Of a stretch of DNA of 64,000 bases, positions 60,767 to 64,000 are shown one piece after another. The first letter of the stretch is position 1; each line of letters begins with the position of its first letter. The DNA is from an uncultured delta proteobacterium. Its GTDB lineage: Bacteria > Desulfobacterota > BSN033 > UBA1163. Both the position numbers and the translations under genes were made by a program. The stretch spans positions 160,001 to 224,000 of the forward strand of contig CAWHBU010000007.1 in assembly GCA_963827685.1 (NCBI GenBank), given 5' to 3'. Below the pieces are notes generated by a model. It had not been told where the DNA came from. It saw only the letters and a list, made by a program, of their open reading frames with translations, and did no database searches.

Positions 60767-62203
60767 TCATACCTCTGTTTTAGCAGAATGAATAAAACCC
60801 TTTCTCTTCGCGCGAAGTCTCAAGAACTCTTTCCCTTCCTGGTATAACCGCCGGCGTTCGTTTCCGTCAAATAAAGCCCGGCGAACGATCCGAAAGATGA
60901 TCCTGGGACGAAAATAATAACGGGCGTAAAGGTCTTCTACGGCTTTCAGGATCTCCCCTTTACTCAAATCCGGATATTGGAAGTTGGGCAGCTGATGTCC
61001 TTGGTCATCAGTCATCTCCGCGGAAATGAAATAGCCGTGATCTTGCAAGTATTGATAAAAATCCGTTCCCGGATAGGGGTGAGACATGGAGACCTGAATC
61101 GTCTCCGGGTCAAGCTTCATGGCAAACCGTATGGTTCTTTCGATCGTCTCACGAGTTTCGCCAGGAAGGCCCATTTGAAAATCTCCGTGAACCTTGAATC
61201 CCAAGCGTCTGCAATGCTTCATGAAGGCCAGGGCCTGCTCGACCGTTGCCCCTTTTTTGATGTTTTTTAGAATTGCCGGGTCCCCGGATTCAAAACCAAC
61301 GATCAAAAGGCGGCAGCCGGCCTCTTTCATCGCCTGGAGGGTTTCAAAGTCGGTTGTCGCCCGCGCATTACAGGACCAAGTGAACTGAAGGGGCTTCAGT
61401 TTCTGGCAAAGATCAAGAACCCGGGATTTGCCTATGGTGAAGGTGTCATCGTCAAAAAATATTTCCTTGACCTCGGGGAACAACTCCTGGGCTCGCCTCA
61501 CCTCCGCAACCACATTATCGCTGCTGCGCGTACGCCAGCGATGGCTACACATGGTTTGCGGCCAGAGGCAAAAGGCACATAGCGCCGGGCACCCCCGAGA
61601 CGTGTAAAAGGAGAGATAAGGGTGATGCAAAAAAGGGATATTATACTTAGTAATATCGAGATCGCGTTTAAAGATCTCCACCACAAAGGGCAGGGCATCG
61701 AGATCCTCAATCAAGGGGCGATCCGGGTTATGAAAAATGAGGCCATTTTTTCGGAAGCTGATGCCGACAATTTCTTCGAGTTTTTTCCCCCAGGCAAATT
61801 CGGCAACCGCATAGTCAAACTCTTTTCTTGCCACGAAGTCGATGGCCGGTGAAGCCTTGAGACTCTCCTCGGGCAGGACCGTAACGTGCGGACCGACAAA
61901 TGCGATTTTCGTCTCGGGTTCGGCTTCCTTTATTCTCTCAGCCAGACGGACATCGCTTTGAAATCCAGCAGTTGAAGTGAAGATGACCACGAAATCATAA
62001 CCGGTGGCAATGCGAACCGTCTCTTCCGGTTTGAACCCATGGGAAGGAGCATCAAGAAGATGACTGTCTCGAATCAAACCGGCGGGATAGGCGAGCCAAG
62101 TGGGATACCAGAAGGAGTGGATCTCTCGCCTTGCCGGGTAACGGGAACCGGCCCCACCGTCGAACTTCTCGAAAGACGGAGGATTCAAAAGCAGTGTTTT
62201 CAT
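60767..62203 (-). CDS. hpnJ: Hopanoid radical SAM protein
   Basis: FDGGAGSRY, FWYPTWLA, RGCPALCAFCLWPQT, FFDDDTF. Confidence 0.92.
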   Translation of the reverse strand: MKTLLLNPPSFEKFDGGAGSRYPARREIHSFWYPTWLAYPAGLIRDSHLLDAPSHGFKPEETVRIATGYDFVVIFTSTAGFQSDVRLAERIKEAEPETKIAFVGPHVTVLPEESLKASPAIDFVARKEFDYAVAEFAWGKKLEEIVGISFRKNGLIFHNPDRPLIEDLDALPFVVEIFKRDLDITKYNIPFLHHPYLSFYTSRGCPALCAFCLWPQTMCSHRWRTRSSDNVVAEVRRAQELFPEVKEIFFDDDTFTIGKSRVLDLCQKLKPLQFTWSCNARATTDFETLQAMKEAGCRLLIVGFESGDPAILKNIKKGATVEQALAFMKHCRRLGFKVHGDFQMGLPGETRETIERTIRFAMKLDPETIQVSMSHPYPGTDFYQYLQDHGYFISAEMTDDQGHQLPNFQYPDLSKGEILKAVEDLYARYYFRPRIIFRIVRRALFDGNERRRLYQEGKEFLRLRAKRKGFIHSAKTEV

Positions 62204-62265
62204 CCTTCAATCCTTTTCACTGAGATACTCGCGTGTTACCTCCCAGGTATCGTGAAGCCGTCCTA

Positions 62266-62486
62266 TCATGGAGCCCCACGGGCAAAGCCCGTGGTACCTC
62301 CATGAAATACCCGCCTACGCCCATGGACGCTGAAACGCTTCGGTGCGCAAGTGCAAGGGCTTCGGCGGGTTATCCGCCGGTAGCGGAATCCGCCGTAGCA
62401 TTAACCTAGGGGCACAGGAATGACTAAGCCGCGGAGTCCGCATTCATCCACGGGCAAAGCCCGTGGTCTTCTGCGTAGGCGGATAA
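62266..62486. mobile_element. Non-autonomous element with two identical subterminal hairpins (IS200/IS605-like)
   Basis: CCACGGGCAAAGCCCGTGG at 62276 and 62448 with nested hairpins between. Confidence 0.6.
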
Positions 62487-62675
62487 AACACCGTGCCATT
62501 CTTTTCCCTCTGATCTCTACCAAAGGCCACGGTTCCTGTTCTCCTTGACCTGCTTCTTCGTTCCCCTTCCTTAACGGCAAGCAGGCTCCCGTGCTCACAA
62601 GTAAATATCAGATTTCGAAGTCTGTTTGTCAATATTTTTCGATTCTTCTCTCATAAAAAATATATCTGATTGCAC

Positions 62676-62705
62676 TTGACAACTATTTTCATAGACGATT
62701 ATCAT
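62676..62705 (+). promoter_or_regulatory. Putative sigma70 promoter of ispH-hpnH
   Basis: TTGACA-18 bp-TATCAT. Confidence 0.4.
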
Positions 62706-62734
62706 TTTAGATATATTCAAATTTGGATTAACGA

Positions 62735-63664
62735 ATGCAAGTGGTCCTCGCTCAACCCCGTGGATTCTGTGCAGGCGTGGTTCGCGCCATCAAGATTGTG
62801 GAGCGTGCCCTCGAGATTTACGGCACAACTGTTTACGTGTTGCATGAGATTGTCCATAATCACCACGTCGTCAAAGATTTGAAAAACCAGGGTGCCTCAT
62901 TTATTGAAACGCTCGATGACGTTCCTGCGGGTGCGGTGACCATCTTCAGTGCCCACGGTGTATCCACAGCCGTGGTTAAAGAGGCGGAAAAGAGAAATTT
63001 GAAGATCATCGATGCCACTTGTCCATTGGTTACCAAGGTTCATCTCCAGGCCCAGCGGTACAGCCGCCAAGGTTTCGAGATCATCATTATCGGTCATCCC
63101 GGCCATCCAGAGGTAGAGGCCACCCGGGGCTGGGTGGAAGGGCCAGTTTACGTCCTTTCGAGGAAAGATGAAGTGGAAAGGCTAAAGGTCAGAAACCCGA
63201 ATCGCCTGGCCTATGTCACTCAAACGACGCTCAGCCTTGACGACACCCGTGAAGTGATCGATGCCTTAAAAGGCCGGTGGCACAACATTCAGGGTCCTGA
63301 GTTGAGTGATATCTGTTATGCGACACAAAGCCGGCAGAACGCGGTCCGGCAACTGGCAAAAGACATAGGCTTATTATTAGTGGTCGGGGCCCGTAACAGT
63401 TCCAATTCGAATCGTCTGCGTGAGGTAGGTGAACATAGCGGCTTGCCTGCTTATTTGATTGAGGATATTGATGATCTCAACCCTGCTTGGTTCTCGGAAA
63501 AGACCAGGGTCGGCATTACTGCCGGAACCTCTGCCCCCGAGGAAATGGTGCAAAAGGTTCTAAAAAGATTGCATGCCTATGGTGTAAGCCTGGTGAACGA
63601 GATGGCGGGTGAGCCTGAAAAAATGATTTTTCGCCTGCCGGATTCCCTATTCCCTCAAAGTTAG
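62735..63664 (+). CDS. ispH: 4-hydroxy-3-methylbut-2-enyl diphosphate reductase
   Basis: PRGFCAGV, EIVHN, SAHGV, DATCPLV, QTTLS, ICYAT, SSNS. Confidence 0.95.
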   Translation: MQVVLAQPRGFCAGVVRAIKIVERALEIYGTTVYVLHEIVHNHHVVKDLKNQGASFIETLDDVPAGAVTIFSAHGVSTAVVKEAEKRNLKIIDATCPLVTKVHLQAQRYSRQGFEIIIIGHPGHPEVEATRGWVEGPVYVLSRKDEVERLKVRNPNRLAYVTQTTLSLDDTREVIDALKGRWHNIQGPELSDICYATQSRQNAVRQLAKDIGLLLVVGARNSSNSNRLREVGEHSGLPAYLIEDIDDLNPAWFSEKTRVGITAGTSAPEEMVQKVLKRLHAYGVSLVNEMAGEPEKMIFRLPDSLFPQS

Positions 63665-63679
63665 TGGCGGGAAACTACC

Positions 63680-64000
63680 ATGGGTGTACCCTTCATTCAA
63701 CAATATCGTATTTCGAGTTATTTGATCGACCAGAAGCTTCACGGAAGGCGACGCTATCCACTGGTGTTGATGCTGGAACCCTTGTTTCGCTGCAACCTGG
63801 AGTGTGCCGGCTGTGGTAAGATCGATTATCCCGAAGAGATTCTCAATCGACGTCTGAGTCTCAATGAGTGCCTTTCTGCGTCCGATGAATGCGGTGTGCC
63901 CGTTGTGGCGATTTCTGGAGGAGAGCCTCTGATCCATGAGGAGATGCCTTACATTGTCTCGGGTCTCATAAAAAGGAAAAAGTTTGTCTATCTCTGTACC
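63680..64000 (+). CDS. hpnH: Adenosyl-hopene transferase radical SAM, partial (runs off window end)
   Basis: Manual translation MGVPFIQQ...YPLVLMLEPLFRCNLECAGCGKIDYP...SGGEPLIH. Confidence 0.92.
   Translation, partial: MGVPFIQQYRISSYLIDQKLHGRRRYPLVLMLEPLFRCNLECAGCGKIDYPEEILNRRLSLNECLSASDECGVPVVAISGGEPLIHEEMPYIVSGLIKRKKFVYLCT

Overview
Bacterial chromosomal window, probably from an anaerobic Desulfobacterota/deltaproteobacterium (inferred from gene content). It has four zones. (1) 1-18 kb: a MarR-associated anaerobic catabolic cluster with two thiolases (one broken), a DUF35/OB-fold partner, a HAD-ECH fusion, a 4-hydroxybenzoyl-CoA-reductase-like Mo enzyme (L/S/M, CoxG and two small Cys-rich proteins), two VAO/PCMH-type flavoproteins and a CCG Fe-S protein. 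An aminotransferase, SOD and Hsp20 follow. (2) 19.9-38.3 kb: a mosaic accessory island in which single-gene or two-gene cargo is separated by recurring oriented boundary motifs (GGCCAACTTTTTTATGGATGAC about 10 times; CTGACCCC/TTGACCCC about 8 times) and short-period repeat spacers. The cargo includes TA pairs, amtB-glnK, RNase D, YwbE, two RluA copies, sirtuin, RadC, ORF6N and a nucleotidyltransferase. It looks like an integron-like cassette array without attC sites and without a recombinase in the window, and is the top candidate for an undescribed system. (3) 38.5-44.6 kb: a U32-family Fe-S protein next to an AOR/SCP2/Fe-ADH/SCP2 operon. (4) 46.6-64 kb: an Mla-type lipid ABC system and a hopanoid cluster (hpnA, G, shc, N, I, K, J, ispH, H). 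IS630, IS1182 and IS1202-type elements and many hairpin mini-elements are scattered throughout. Four genes carry single-base frameshifts in homopolymers that may be assembly errors. No rRNA, tRNA or CRISPR array was seen. All family calls are from motif recognition, not database searches.
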